From Bacillota bacterium (GTDB lineage Bacteria > Bacillota > Limnochordia > Limnochordales > Limnochordaceae): 64,000 nucleotides of DNA. The position numbers were made by a program, and so were the translations under genes. This document shows, piece after piece, positions 28,883-37,870 of this stretch. Where the stretch lies: positions 5,525 through 69,524 of the forward strand of contig PIUA01000025.1 in NCBI GenBank assembly GCA_017577405.1, given 5' to 3'. A model generated the notes under the pieces. That model made no database searches. It was not told the origin of the DNA and worked only from the letters and a program-made list of their open reading frames with translations. How positions within the stretch are numbered: the stretch's first letter is position 1; every line of letters begins with the position of its first letter.

Positions 28883-30274
28883 ATGAGCCAACTCAGGACG
28901 AGGGGGACGAAGGCTGTGGCAGGATCCAACGGCTGGCAGCGCGCGGTCGACGGCTCCCTGGAGAGGCTGATCGGCCTGTTGACGGAGCGGATCATCGAGA
29001 ACGTGCCCCGGGCCCTCGGGCTGATGCAACACCTCACCACCAACCCCACCCACCGGGCGGCCTTGGCCGCCTTCGGGCGCCGCTGGGAGCGGGACCCGGC
29101 CCTTCGGCGGCAGGCGGAACGGCTGGCCCGGAATCCCCGGATGATTCAGAAGGTGGCAGTCAACTGGGTGGTACGCGACCTGCTCTGGGGCGGGCGCATC
29201 CGGGACCGCCGTTCCGAGGAGCTGGGAGTCCACGTGCCCCACTTCCTCCTGGTGGATCCCACCGAAGGGTGCAACCTGCGGTGCCGGGGGTGCTGGGCGG
29301 GCGCCTACGAGACCCACACCCTGCCCTTCGAGCGTCTGGACCGGCTCTTCACCGAGGCGGAGGAGCTGGGCATCCGCTGGATCGTCCTCTCGGGGGGCGA
29401 ACCCTTCGCCTACAAGCGCCTCCTGGAGCTGGTGGACAGGCACCCCGACCTGGTCTTCATGGCCTACACCAACGGGACCCTCATCGACGATGGGACGGCC
29501 GACCGCCTGGCCGAGCTGGCCAATCTCTCGCCGGCCATCTCCCTGGAAGGCTTCCGGGAGGCGACGGACGCCCGGCGGGGCGAGGGGGTCTTCGACCAGG
29601 TGGTGGCCGCCATGGACCGCCTCACCGAGCGGGGGGTGATCCACGGCGCGTCGGTGACGGTGACCCGGGAGAACGTGGAGGAGCTCTTCTCCGACGCCTT
29701 CATCGACTTTCTCATCGACCGGGGCTGCGCCTACCTCTGGAGCTTCCATTACATCCCCATTGGGCGGGATCCCGATCCTTCCCTGATGCTCACCCCCGAG
29801 CAGCGCGCCTGGCTGGTCCACCGGGTGCGGGAGCTCCGGGCCGAGAAGCCCATCTTCATCGCGGACTTCTGGAACGACGGCCACGCGGTGGGCGGCTGCA
29901 TCGCCGGCGGGCGCCAGTACGTCCACATCAACGCCAAGGGCGACGTGGAGCCGTGCGCCTTCGCCCACTTCGCCACCGCCAACATCCGGGAGACCTCCCT
30001 GGTGGAGGCCCTCCGGTCGCCGCTCTTTGCCGCCTTCCAGGCCCGGCAGCCTTTCAACGAGAACCACTTGGTGCCCTGTCCCATCATCGACAACCCCCAG
30101 GCCCTCCGGGAGATGGTGGCCGAAAGCGGCGCCTACCCCACCCACCCGGGGGCGGAGACGGTGCTGGAGGGCCCCATCGCCCAGTACCTGGACGAGCTTT
30201 CGGCCCACTGGCAGGCTGAGGCCGACCGCCTGGAGGAGACCCTGGGGCTCAAGGGCAAGGTGGGTGTCGTCTAG
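28883..30274 (+). CDS. Radical SAM protein with SPASM/twitch domain, function unknown
   Basis: [14 protein letters not shown] (CxxxCxxC), SGGEP, YTNGT, GCIAGG…[12 protein letters not shown] and CPIIDNP. Start placed at ATG 28883. Confidence 0.9.
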   Translation: MSQLRTRGTKAVAGSNGWQRAVDGSLERLIGLLTERIIENVPRALGLMQHLTTNPTHRAALAAFGRRWERDPALRRQAERLARNPRMIQKVAVNWVVRDLLWGGRIRDRRSEELGVHVPHFLLVDPTEGCNLRCRGCWAGAYETHTLPFERLDRLFTEAEELGIRWIVLSGGEPFAYKRLLELVDRHPDLVFMAYTNGTLIDDGTADRLAELANLSPAISLEGFREATDARRGEGVFDQVVAAMDRLTERGVIHGASVTVTRENVEELFSDAFIDFLIDRGCAYLWSFHYIPIGRDPDPSLMLTPEQRAWLVHRVRELRAEKPIFIADFWNDGHAVGGCIAGGRQYVHINAKGDVEPCAFAHFATANIRETSLVEALRSPLFAAFQARQPFNENHLVPCPIIDNPQALREMVAESGAYPTHPGAETVLEGPIAQYLDELSAHWQAEADRLEETLGLKGKVGVV

Positions 30275-30361
30275 CCTCCCGCGGGTCCCGGGGCCCCGGG
30301 GCCAGGCGCTAGGCCCGGGTGGGCGGATCGGGGCCCTGGAGAGGTGACCTCCATCCCTTCC

Positions 30362-30391
30362 GAATCGGGCCGGGGACGGACGGACAGCCTA
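30362..30391 (+). promoter_or_regulatory. SigF/SigG-like forespore promoter of gpr
   Basis: GAATC-N15-GGACAGCCTA, resembling the GYATA-N15-GGnnAnnnTA pattern; gpr is SigF/G-dependent in B. subtilis. Confidence 0.45.
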
Positions 30392-30447
30392 ACGGCGTCC
30401 AGCCATTTCCCCGGCCCGCCGCGTTCGGGGAAGCGGAGGTGGTTCTC

Positions 30448-31410
30448 CTGGGCGACGACGCCAGCATGCGGCTGCTGGAAGAGGCCGAGGGCTGGGAGGC
30501 CCTCTCAGACCTGGCGCTGGAGGCCCACGGCCTCCTCATCAAGGAGCCGGGGCCGCCGGAGATCCCCGGGGTGACGGTGGACACCCAGGAACAGGACGGC
30601 ATCACCTTGAGCCGGGTCTTCATTGAAAGCGAGGAGGGGGCCCGGCGGATGGGGAAGCTGCCGGGCCACTACTCCACCCTGGAGGCTCCCCAGCTCCGGA
30701 GCCGGAGCGTGGAGATGGAGGAGAAGGCCGGGATCGTCCTGGCCCAGGAGCTGCGGCGCTTCTTCCAGGCCTTGGGGGTGGGGCCCGAAGACGAGACCTT
30801 GGTGGTGGGCCTGGGGAACTGGAACGCGACCCCCGATGCCCTGGGGCCCAAGGTGGTCAGCCGGCTCACCGTCACCCGCCACCTCCACCGGATGGTCCCG
30901 CCCGAGAAGCGGGGGGGCCTGCGGCCGGTGGCGGCCATCGCGCCTGGGGTCTTGGGGCTGACGGGCATCGAAACCAGCGAGATCGTCCAGGCGTTGGTCG
31001 CCCAGCTCCGGCCCAAGCTGGTCATCTGCATCGACGCCCTGGCGGCCCGGGAGAGCCAGCGGCTGGGCATCACGGTCCAAATCGCCGACACGGGGATCCA
31101 CCCGGGGTCCGGGGTGGGGAACCGCCGGCTGGGGATCACCCCCCAGGTTCTGGGGGTGCCCGTCCTGGCCGTGGGGGTGCCTACGGTGATCCGGGCGGCC
31201 ACCCTGGTCCAGGACGCCCTGAGCCAGATGGGCCGCCCGGCGGGACCGGCGGCGGAGCGCCTCCTCCAGCCCTACTTCCACTCCATGATCGTCACCCCGC
31301 GCGAGGTGGACGATCTGGTGGACAGCATGGCCAACGTGGTGGCCGGGGGCTTGAACGTGGCCCTCCACCCCTCCCTGGACGTGGACGACCTGCTGAGCTC
31401 CCTCTTCTGA
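30448..31410 (+). CDS. gpr: Germination protease GPR
   Basis: SDLALEA, VVGLGNWNATPDALGP, PGVLGLTGIETSE, IDALAAR and DTGIHPGSGVGNRR. Start uncertain: CTG 30448 after GGAGG, or ATG 30466. Confidence 0.93.
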   Translation: MGDDASMRLLEEAEGWEALSDLALEAHGLLIKEPGPPEIPGVTVDTQEQDGITLSRVFIESEEGARRMGKLPGHYSTLEAPQLRSRSVEMEEKAGIVLAQELRRFFQALGVGPEDETLVVGLGNWNATPDALGPKVVSRLTVTRHLHRMVPPEKRGGLRPVAAIAPGVLGLTGIETSEIVQALVAQLRPKLVICIDALAARESQRLGITVQIADTGIHPGSGVGNRRLGITPQVLGVPVLAVGVPTVIRAATLVQDALSQMGRPAGPAAERLLQPYFHSMIVTPREVDDLVDSMANVVAGGLNVALHPSLDVDDLLSSLF

Positions 31411-31544
31411 AGCGGCGCGGCCGGTGCCTGAGCGGGAGAAGGCCCCGTGCCCGTCCAGGGAGGCGGGGCGGGCCGGGTTGGCCGGTGCCCGTCGGGCTTG
31501 GGGCTGAAGGGCAAGGTGGCCGCTGCAGGGCTGGGCCTTCGGGT

Positions 31545-32930
31545 TCAGCCGCCGGGCTCGGGCACCTGGTCCAGCAAGGCCTGGTAAAGGCCGGCGGCCC
31601 AGGCCGACGGCGCCTCTTCATCCCAGAGTCGGGCCAGCCACGGGGCCAGAACCTGGTCGTCCATCTGCCGGAGGACCGCCGCTTCGTCGGGGTCCAGGGA
31701 AGGGGTGACGGCCGCCTCCGCCCACCGTAGGAGGGCCTGGCTGGTCGCCTCGGGCCAGGGCGCTTCCCGCTGCCACAAGGCCTGATCGCTCAGGAGGGCG
31801 GGGACCGCGGGGAACTGGGAGCTGACCCAGGCGTCCTTGGACTGGATGAGGAAGCGGGCCAGTTCCATGGCCAGCCGGGTCTGATCGTCCCCCTGGTAGG
31901 GGGTCTGGCGGAAGACCAGGTAGGCGGCCAGGTCGGCGGGCACGTGGAAGGGGCGCCCCTCGGGCCGGGGCGGGGGCAAGAGCACCAGCTCTTCCCGGGG
32001 GACGGTCCGCAGGAGGTGGGCGGCCAGCTCGGGCCGGACGGGCGTGATGACGCCCACCCGGCCCTGGAGGAAGCGGGCCACCCGCTCCCGGGCGGCGGCC
32101 TCCAGGTTGCGGGGCATCCGGGTCTGCTGGCGGGCCGCCACCAAGAAGGCGGCCACCTCCTCGATAGCGTCCTGGCTCCAGGCCAGGCTCCCCTCTTGGA
32201 GCATCAAGCCGTGGCCGCCCGCCGCCATCAGGCTCCGGACGAGTTCAGGCTCCTGGGGATGGACCAGAAGGCCGGGCATCTGGCCCCCGCCGGCCTGGGC
32301 GAGGCTCGCCAGGGCCTGGGGGAAGGTCCAGCCTTCTTGAGCCGCCTGGTCCACATCCAGGCCCGTGCCGGCCAGCAGGGAGCGGCGGCCCGCCCAGGTG
32401 ATGAAGCGGATCCACCGGGGCCAGCCCCAGACCTGGCCGTCGGCCGTCAGGGCTTCCCAGGCGGCCGGAAGGAAGTGGGGCTCGCCGTCCCGGGCCCGGG
32501 GCAGGAAGGCGTCCACCGGCACCTGGTAGTTCCGGTCAAAGAGGCGGGGGCTGAGGCTCCCGTAGACGTCGGGGGGCTGGCCGGAGGCCAGGGCGCCCTC
32601 CAGCCGGTTGACCGCCTCCCCGGGGGGAAGGAGCTGGAACTCGACGGTCACGTTGGGGTGGACCTCGCGGAAGGCCTCCACCCGGTCCTCCAGGAAGGTC
32701 CGGTAGGTGGTGCCGGCGCCGGAGAGGACCACATTCTCCTCCCAAAGGATCAGCCGGTAGGTCCGCTCCGGGTTGATGGGCGCGCGGGGATCGATGGTCA
32801 CCTCCCCCACCCGGACCGTCGGCCCGGCGCGGGCGAGCCAGAGCGCCACCCCGAGGCCCATCAGGACGAGAAGGCCCAGCCCCGCCAGGAGGGCGCGCCC
32901 CTGGCGGCCGTTGGTGCTGATCCGTGCCAT
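31545..32930 (-). CDS. Membrane-anchored extracellular solute-binding-like protein (orphan)
   Basis: N-terminal TM; VEAFREVHPNVTVEFQ…ASGQPPDV, DGQVWGWP and WTF motifs typical of SBP_bac_1/8; no permease adjacent. Confidence 0.65.
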   Translation of the reverse strand: MARISTNGRQGRALLAGLGLLVLMGLGVALWLARAGPTVRVGEVTIDPRAPINPERTYRLILWEENVVLSGAGTTYRTFLEDRVEAFREVHPNVTVEFQLLPPGEAVNRLEGALASGQPPDVYGSLSPRLFDRNYQVPVDAFLPRARDGEPHFLPAAWEALTADGQVWGWPRWIRFITWAGRRSLLAGTGLDVDQAAQEGWTFPQALASLAQAGGGQMPGLLVHPQEPELVRSLMAAGGHGLMLQEGSLAWSQDAIEEVAAFLVAARQQTRMPRNLEAAARERVARFLQGRVGVITPVRPELAAHLLRTVPREELVLLPPPRPEGRPFHVPADLAAYLVFRQTPYQGDDQTRLAMELARFLIQSKDAWVSSQFPAVPALLSDQALWQREAPWPEATSQALLRWAEAAVTPSLDPDEAAVLRQMDDQVLAPWLARLWDEEAPSAWAAGLYQALLDQVPEPGG

Positions 32931-32961
32931 GGTCGTCCCCCCATGCCGGAGAGGCCCGCCC

Positions 32962-33936
32962 CTAGGGGGCCCGCTTCAGGCCCAGCACGTAGTAGATGTC
33001 CTCATAGACCCGCCCGTCCTCGGGGAGCCCGTAGAACCGCTGCAGCTCCCGAACGGCCGCCTCCGTCTGGGGCCCGTACCGGCCGTCGGCATACCCCAGG
33101 TCGAAGCCCAGCTCCTTCAGCCGGAGCTGGACCTGCACCACATCGGCCCCGGTGGCGCCCGGCTGGAGGGTCCGGTTGAAGGCGAGGTCGGGCGTGGGGC
33201 CGACGATGCGGACGGGCGTCCGCAGGGGAACCCACCGGTAGAGCTCCTCCACGTCCCGGTTGAACATGCGGATGCAGCCCTGGCTCGCCTGGGTGCCAAT
33301 GGACCAGGGTTTGTTGGTCCCGTGGATGCCGTAGATGCCCCAGGGGACGTTGAGGCCCAGCCACCGGGTGCCGAACCCGTCGCCCCAGCCCGAGTCCTTG
33401 TGGACGATGAGCCACTCCCCCACAGGGCTGGGGGTGCGGCTGGTGCCCACGGCCACCGGGTAGCTTTTGTACGGCTGGCCGGCGCTGTACAGGGTGAGGG
33501 TTCGCTCGTTCACATCGATGACGATGGAGAGGGGCCCTGGGGGCGCCTCCGTCGGCTGAGCGGCCACGGGGAGCACCACGCCGTCGGCCAGGGCAGTCCA
33601 GGTGGCCGGGTCCACCATCCCGGAGGGCGGAAGCCCCGCGGTTTGTTGGAACCGGCGGACCGCCTGGGCGGTCTCGGGTCCGAAGAGGCCGTCCAGGGGG
33701 CCGTCGTAGAGGCCCAGATCCTGCAGCCGGCTCTGGAGCCCCTGGACGTCGGGATGGGGCTCAGCCGGACGGCCCAGCTGGAGGAAGACCGGTTCCCGAC
33801 AGACGGTCCCCTCGGGGCCGTAGGGGGTGCCCTCGTCTTCAGCCCAGCCGCCGCCCATGGCGAGGAACAGCCAGAGAAGCCCCATGAGGGCCAGGCGGCC
33901 CCCCGGCCGCCCGCGGCGCGGCCTGCGTGGGTTCAT
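32962..33936 (-). CDS. L,D-transpeptidase (YkuD family) with two peptidoglycan-binding domains
   Basis: YPVAVG…TPSPVGEW and YGIHGTN…SQGCIRM (HxxxC catalytic motif), flanked by PG_binding_1 repeats. Start placed at ATG 33936. Confidence 0.92.
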   Translation of the reverse strand: MNPRRPRRGRPGGRLALMGLLWLFLAMGGGWAEDEGTPYGPEGTVCREPVFLQLGRPAEPHPDVQGLQSRLQDLGLYDGPLDGLFGPETAQAVRRFQQTAGLPPSGMVDPATWTALADGVVLPVAAQPTEAPPGPLSIVIDVNERTLTLYSAGQPYKSYPVAVGTSRTPSPVGEWLIVHKDSGWGDGFGTRWLGLNVPWGIYGIHGTNKPWSIGTQASQGCIRMFNRDVEELYRWVPLRTPVRIVGPTPDLAFNRTLQPGATGADVVQVQLRLKELGFDLGYADGRYGPQTEAAVRELQRFYGLPEDGRVYEDIYYVLGLKRAP

Positions 33937-33974
33937 CGCCCTCCACCGACCTCCCTTTGGGTTCCACCCCCTTG

Positions 33975-34003
33975 AGGATATGGGCCCCGGCGGCCCCGTA
34001 TGT
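33975..34003 (-). promoter_or_regulatory. SigE-like promoter of the L,D-transpeptidase operon
   Basis: Minus strand ACATAC-N15-CATATCCT, the CATA…CATAnnnT architecture of mother-cell promoters. Confidence 0.5.
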
Positions 34004-34050
34004 GCGGAGGCCCTGGGGCCTGGCCCTGCTGGCAACCATCTCCAGGGAAC

Positions 34051-34079
34051 GTCTGCCACCCGGGGGCGGGGCATAGCAT
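34051..34079 (+). promoter_or_regulatory. SigE-like promoter of spoIIP
   Basis: GTCTGC-N15-CATAGCAT just upstream of RBS GGAAGGGGGG; the -35 match is weak. Confidence 0.4.
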
Positions 34080-34095
34080 GGACTGGGAAGGGGGG

Positions 34096-35730
34096 ATGGG
34101 CATGGCGGCGCCCCTGCGGGGTTTCCGTTCCGGCGGGGGGAGGCTCCGGCTCGGGGGAAGGAGGGGGCTCCTTCAGGGCCTGGCGGGTGCGTGGCGGCGG
34201 GCCGGGACAGGCCGGCGGCGTTGGGCCCGCCGGCGGGAGCTGCCCCGAATGGCGTGGGGCCGGCCGGCCATGGCTTGGGGCCTGGCCCGGAGCTCCCGCC
34301 GCCCGCGGGTTGTCCCGTTCTGGCGGCCCGCCACCCTCCCCGGGCCCGGCTGGGCCCTCCGCCCCCTCGGGGACGGGGGACCCGCGCGCCGGGGCCACAG
34401 GCTGCAGCGGGCCTTTCCCGCCCGCGCCGCCGGCGCCCCCCGCCCCGTCCCAGCCTTGGGGCGCCTTCTCCTGGTGCTCCTGGTGGTGGGTGGGTTTCTG
34501 GTGGGGCGGGGTCTGGGGGCCGTCATCCTCCCTTACTGGGAGGCGGCCGCGCCCTACGTCGATCGCCTGCAGCTCGATGGGGAGCGGGCCGCCCGGCTGG
34601 TGGCCAGCGCGCTCCCCCGGGGAAGCGAGGTGGAGGCGGTGGGCAGCGGGGCCCTGGCGGCCGGGGCTGGGGATGGAGAGAGGGAAGGCGCGGCCGTGGG
34701 ATCCTGGAGCGACCGGATCCAGGGGTGGGCGTCCACCCTGAGCCGCCGCCTGCCCGAGTGGCTCCTGCTCAGTGAGCTGCCGCTCTTGCAGGTGCCTGCC
34801 GTCCGGCCGGCCGCCGCCCCCGCGCCCGCCTCAGGCGGACCGGCCGGCCCGGCGCCGAACGGGACCCCGGGGGAAGCGGGCTCGGCCTGGGAGGTGCCCG
34901 CTCGGGCCAACCCGACGGTCCGCCCAGCCGGCGTCGCGGGACCGGCCCCGGAACTCCTCGGCCCCGAGGGGGCGTTCCCCGAAGGGGCCTTCCCGGACGG
35001 GCCCGCCGCCGCCCCGGCCGGGATCCTGAGCCCCGGCCCGGGACGGGAGCCCTTGGTCCTCCTCTACCACACCCACATCTCTGAGATGTATCAGGAGCCG
35101 GGCCAGCCCCTGATGGAGCCCTCCCGCTACCACCGGTTCAACACCACCGACACCGGGGTGGCCCGGGCCGGCGCCGCCTTGGCCCGGGCCCTGGAGGCCC
35201 GGGGCATCCCGGTCCTCCACGACCGGGGGATCTACGACGTGCCCTCGCACAGCCAAGCCTACGCCGCCTCAGGGCGGGCCGTCGCCCGGATCCTGGAGGC
35301 CCACCCCTCCATCCAGGTGGTGATCGACCTCCACCGGGACACGCCCGCCGGTCTGGTGACCACCGTGGGGGGCCGCCGGGTGGCCCAGATCACGCTGGTG
35401 GTGGGCACGGGGACGGAGCCCGGCGGGGACCATGCCAGCTGGCAGCCCAACCTGGCCTTCGCCCAGGAGCTGGCCGCGGCCTTGAACCGGCAGGCCCCGG
35501 GCGTCTTCAACCGGATTCTCCGGGTCCCCAACCGCCGGTACAACCAGGAGCTCCACCCCAACGCCATCCTGGTGGAGCTGGGCTCCTACCACAACACCCT
35601 GGCCGAGGCGGAGGCGGCCGCGGAGATCTTGGCCGCGAGCCTGGCCCAGGTCCTCCACGAGCGCCTGGCTCGGAGCCCGGGGCCGTCCAAGGGCCTGGCG
35701 CCCGCCGGCGAGGCTAGGCCAGGCGGATGA
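34096..35730 (+). CDS. spoIIP: Stage II sporulation protein P (engulfment amidase)
   Basis: LYHTHISE, SHSQAYAAS, IDLHRD and RYNQEL..NAILVELG. Long low-complexity N-terminus; start uncertain. Confidence 0.9.
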   Translation: MGMAAPLRGFRSGGGRLRLGGRRGLLQGLAGAWRRAGTGRRRWARRRELPRMAWGRPAMAWGLARSSRRPRVVPFWRPATLPGPGWALRPLGDGGPARRGHRLQRAFPARAAGAPRPVPALGRLLLVLLVVGGFLVGRGLGAVILPYWEAAAPYVDRLQLDGERAARLVASALPRGSEVEAVGSGALAAGAGDGEREGAAVGSWSDRIQGWASTLSRRLPEWLLLSELPLLQVPAVRPAAAPAPASGGPAGPAPNGTPGEAGSAWEVPARANPTVRPAGVAGPAPELLGPEGAFPEGAFPDGPAAAPAGILSPGPGREPLVLLYHTHISEMYQEPGQPLMEPSRYHRFNTTDTGVARAGAALARALEARGIPVLHDRGIYDVPSHSQAYAASGRAVARILEAHPSIQVVIDLHRDTPAGLVTTVGGRRVAQITLVVGTGTEPGGDHASWQPNLAFAQELAAALNRQAPGVFNRILRVPNRRYNQELHPNAILVELGSYHNTLAEAEAAAEILAASLAQVLHERLARSPGPSKGLAPAGEARPGG

Positions 35731-36139
35731 TCAAGAGGGCCAGGGCCACGGCGAAGGTGATGGCTTGGGTCCAGATCCCCAGGGGCGGCGCCACCTGGCG
35801 GTGGGGGGTGAGGCCCGTGTGGCTGGGGTAGAGGTGGCGCATCCGGCCCTGGAAGAAGAGGTGGGCGACGGCCACCTCCACGTCCGGCAACATACCCCCC
35901 AGGCCGCCCCAGAAAGCGGCCCAGGCCAGCCCGCCGCCCGGCTGGGCGAGGGCGAGCCAGGTGAGGAAGAGCAGCCCGGCCAGCCCATCGACGACACCGG
36001 GTCCCGTGGTTTGGTAGTCGGTGTGGGGGACGGCGTCCAGCACCCCGTGGCTCACCAGGCCCGTGACGAAGGCGGCCGCCGGGTTGCCGGTGAGGGCCCC
36101 CAGGGCGGCCCCCGTCACCGCGTGGACCGAGGCGATCAT
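35714..36139 (-). CDS. Small membrane protein with His/Asp motifs (possible membrane metal-dependent hydrolase)
   Basis: HAVTGAALG, SHGVLDAVPH and GGMLPD; [10 protein letters not shown]; follows murJ. Confidence 0.7.
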   Translation of the reverse strand: MIASVHAVTGAALGALTGNPAAAFVTGLVSHGVLDAVPHTDYQTTGPGVVDGLAGLLFLTWLALAQPGGGLAWAAFWGGLGGMLPDVEVAVAHLFFQGRMRHLYPSHTGLTPHRQVAPPLGIWTQAITFAVALALLIIRLA

Positions 36140-36180
36140 GCGCTGCCACTCCTTTCCGGACCGATGCCCCCAACCCCACT

Positions 36181-37752
36181 TTACGCCGGCTCCCGGGTGT
36201 TCCGTCGGCCCCTGAGGAGCCTCAAAAGCTCTCGGGTCTCCTCCCCTTGGACCACCAGGCTCACGGCGCCGTAGGCCGCCACCCCGCAGGCGACGGGCAC
36301 CAGGGTCTCCACCAGGCGGTCGCTCAGGCTGGCCAGGTCCAGCCGGAGGAGGAGCTGGCGGTGGACCACCCCGACCAGCAGGCCCATGACCGCCGAGGCC
36401 ACCAGGCTGCCTGCCAGCCCCCGGAGGAGCAGGCTACCTTCGATCCGCCCCAGGCGCCGCCGGAGGATGAGGAGGTAGAGGCCCAGGCTGAGCAGGGTGG
36501 TGATGGAGTAGGCCAGGGCCAGGCCGGCGTGAGCCAGATCGGTGGCGTGGAGGAAGAGGAGGCTCAAAGCCGTGTTGCTCACCAGGGTGAAGAGGCTGAC
36601 CCAGACGGGGGTCCGGGTGTCGTGGAGGCTGTAGAAGACCCGGCTCAGGATCTGGGTGCCCGACAGCCCGATGAGGGCCGGCGTGTAGAAAAGGAGGGCT
36701 TCGTAGGTGGCCGCGGTGTCCCGAGCACTGAAGGCGCCCGCCTGAAAGAGGAGGCGGATGACGGGCTCCCCCAGCACCGCCAGTCCCACCGCCGACGGCA
36801 CGGTGACGAAGAGGATGGTCCGTAGCCCCCGGCTGAAGGTGGTCCGGAGGGCGTCCAGCTGCCCCTGAGCGGCCAGCCGGCTCATGGAGGGGAAGAGCAC
36901 GGTGGAGATCCCCATGGCAAAGACCCCCAGGGGGAACTGCATCAGCCGGTTGGCCATGTTAAGGGCGGTGATGCTCCCCTCACTCAGGGTGGAGGCCAGG
37001 TTGGTGCTGATGATCAGGTTGACCTGAGCCACCGAGAGCCCCACCAAGGCCGGGCCCATCAACCGCAGGATCTCCCGCATCCCCTCATGGTGCCAGTCGA
37101 TGATGGGGCGCCAGCGGGCCCGGCGGACCACGTAGGGGGCCTGGACCAGGACGTTCCCCAAGGCGCCGGCCACGGTCCCGTAGGCGAGGCCGTCGATGCC
37201 CAGGCGGGGGCCCAGGAGGTAGGCTCCCAGGATGATGCCGATGTTGTAGACGATGGGCCCCAGCATGGGCAGGACGAAGCGCTGGTAGGCGTTCTGGACA
37301 CCGATCCCCAGGCCCGCCAGGGCCGTGAGGAAGACCGCGGGGAACATAAGCCGCATCAGGTGGATGAGGAGGGCCTCCTGCTCGCCCGTGAAGCCGTAGG
37401 CGACCAGGGGGGCGAGGACGGGTGTGAAGAGGATCCCCAAGACGGTGAAGAGGAGCAGCAGGCTGACCACCAGGTTGAGGAAGGAGCTGGCCACGTGCCA
37501 GGCCTCATCCTCGTCCCGGGTGGCCAAGTACTGGGAGAAGACGGGAATGAAGGCGGCCGAGAGGGCCCCGCCCACCAGCAGGTAGTACATCAGGTCGGGG
37601 ATGTGGAACGCCGCCCGGAAGGCGTCGGTCTCCCAGCTCCGCCCGAAGACCTCCGCCACCGCCCGTTCCCGGACGAAGCCCAAAAGGCGGCTGATCAGGA
37701 TGAGGATCATGGTCCCGCCGGCCGCCCGGGCCAGCCTCCCTGCTCGGCTCAA
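36181..37752 (-). CDS. murJ: Lipid II flippase MurJ (MviN)
   Basis: [31 protein letters not shown] and [10 protein letters not shown]. Start placed at TTG 37752. Confidence 0.95.
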   Translation of the reverse strand: MSRAGRLARAAGGTMILILISRLLGFVRERAVAEVFGRSWETDAFRAAFHIPDLMYYLLVGGALSAAFIPVFSQYLATRDEDEAWHVASSFLNLVVSLLLLFTVLGILFTPVLAPLVAYGFTGEQEALLIHLMRLMFPAVFLTALAGLGIGVQNAYQRFVLPMLGPIVYNIGIILGAYLLGPRLGIDGLAYGTVAGALGNVLVQAPYVVRRARWRPIIDWHHEGMREILRLMGPALVGLSVAQVNLIISTNLASTLSEGSITALNMANRLMQFPLGVFAMGISTVLFPSMSRLAAQGQLDALRTTFSRGLRTILFVTVPSAVGLAVLGEPVIRLLFQAGAFSARDTAATYEALLFYTPALIGLSGTQILSRVFYSLHDTRTPVWVSLFTLVSNTALSLLFLHATDLAHAGLALAYSITTLLSLGLYLLILRRRLGRIEGSLLLRGLAGSLVASAVMGLLVGVVHRQLLLRLDLASLSDRLVETLVPVACGVAAYGAVSLVVQGEETRELLRLLRGRRNTREPA

Positions 37753-37831
37753 AGAGGTTCCGTGCCTCCGTTTCCCCTGGGGCGGACCGCCCCGTTCCCG
37801 CCGCGGCTTCGTCCCAGGGTGGGCCAACTCC

Positions 37832-37840
37832 TGCTATAAT
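37832..37840 (+). promoter_or_regulatory. Extended -10 promoter of lepA
   Basis: TGCTATAAT 30 bp upstream of the lepA ATG. Confidence 0.65.
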
Positions 37841-37870
37841 AAGAGCCGTCCATTGACCGGGAGGGTCTCA

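Noticed and set aside
28580-29049. Apparent head-to-head overlap of pckA and the radical SAM ORF
   Set aside because: Both ORF-track starts are over-extended; the better starts (28644 and 28883) leave a 238-bp gap.
33937-34398. Apparent overlap of L,D-transpeptidase and spoIIP N-termini
   Set aside because: The LDT extension is Pro-rich shadow sequence; its signal-peptide-like region begins at ATG 33936.
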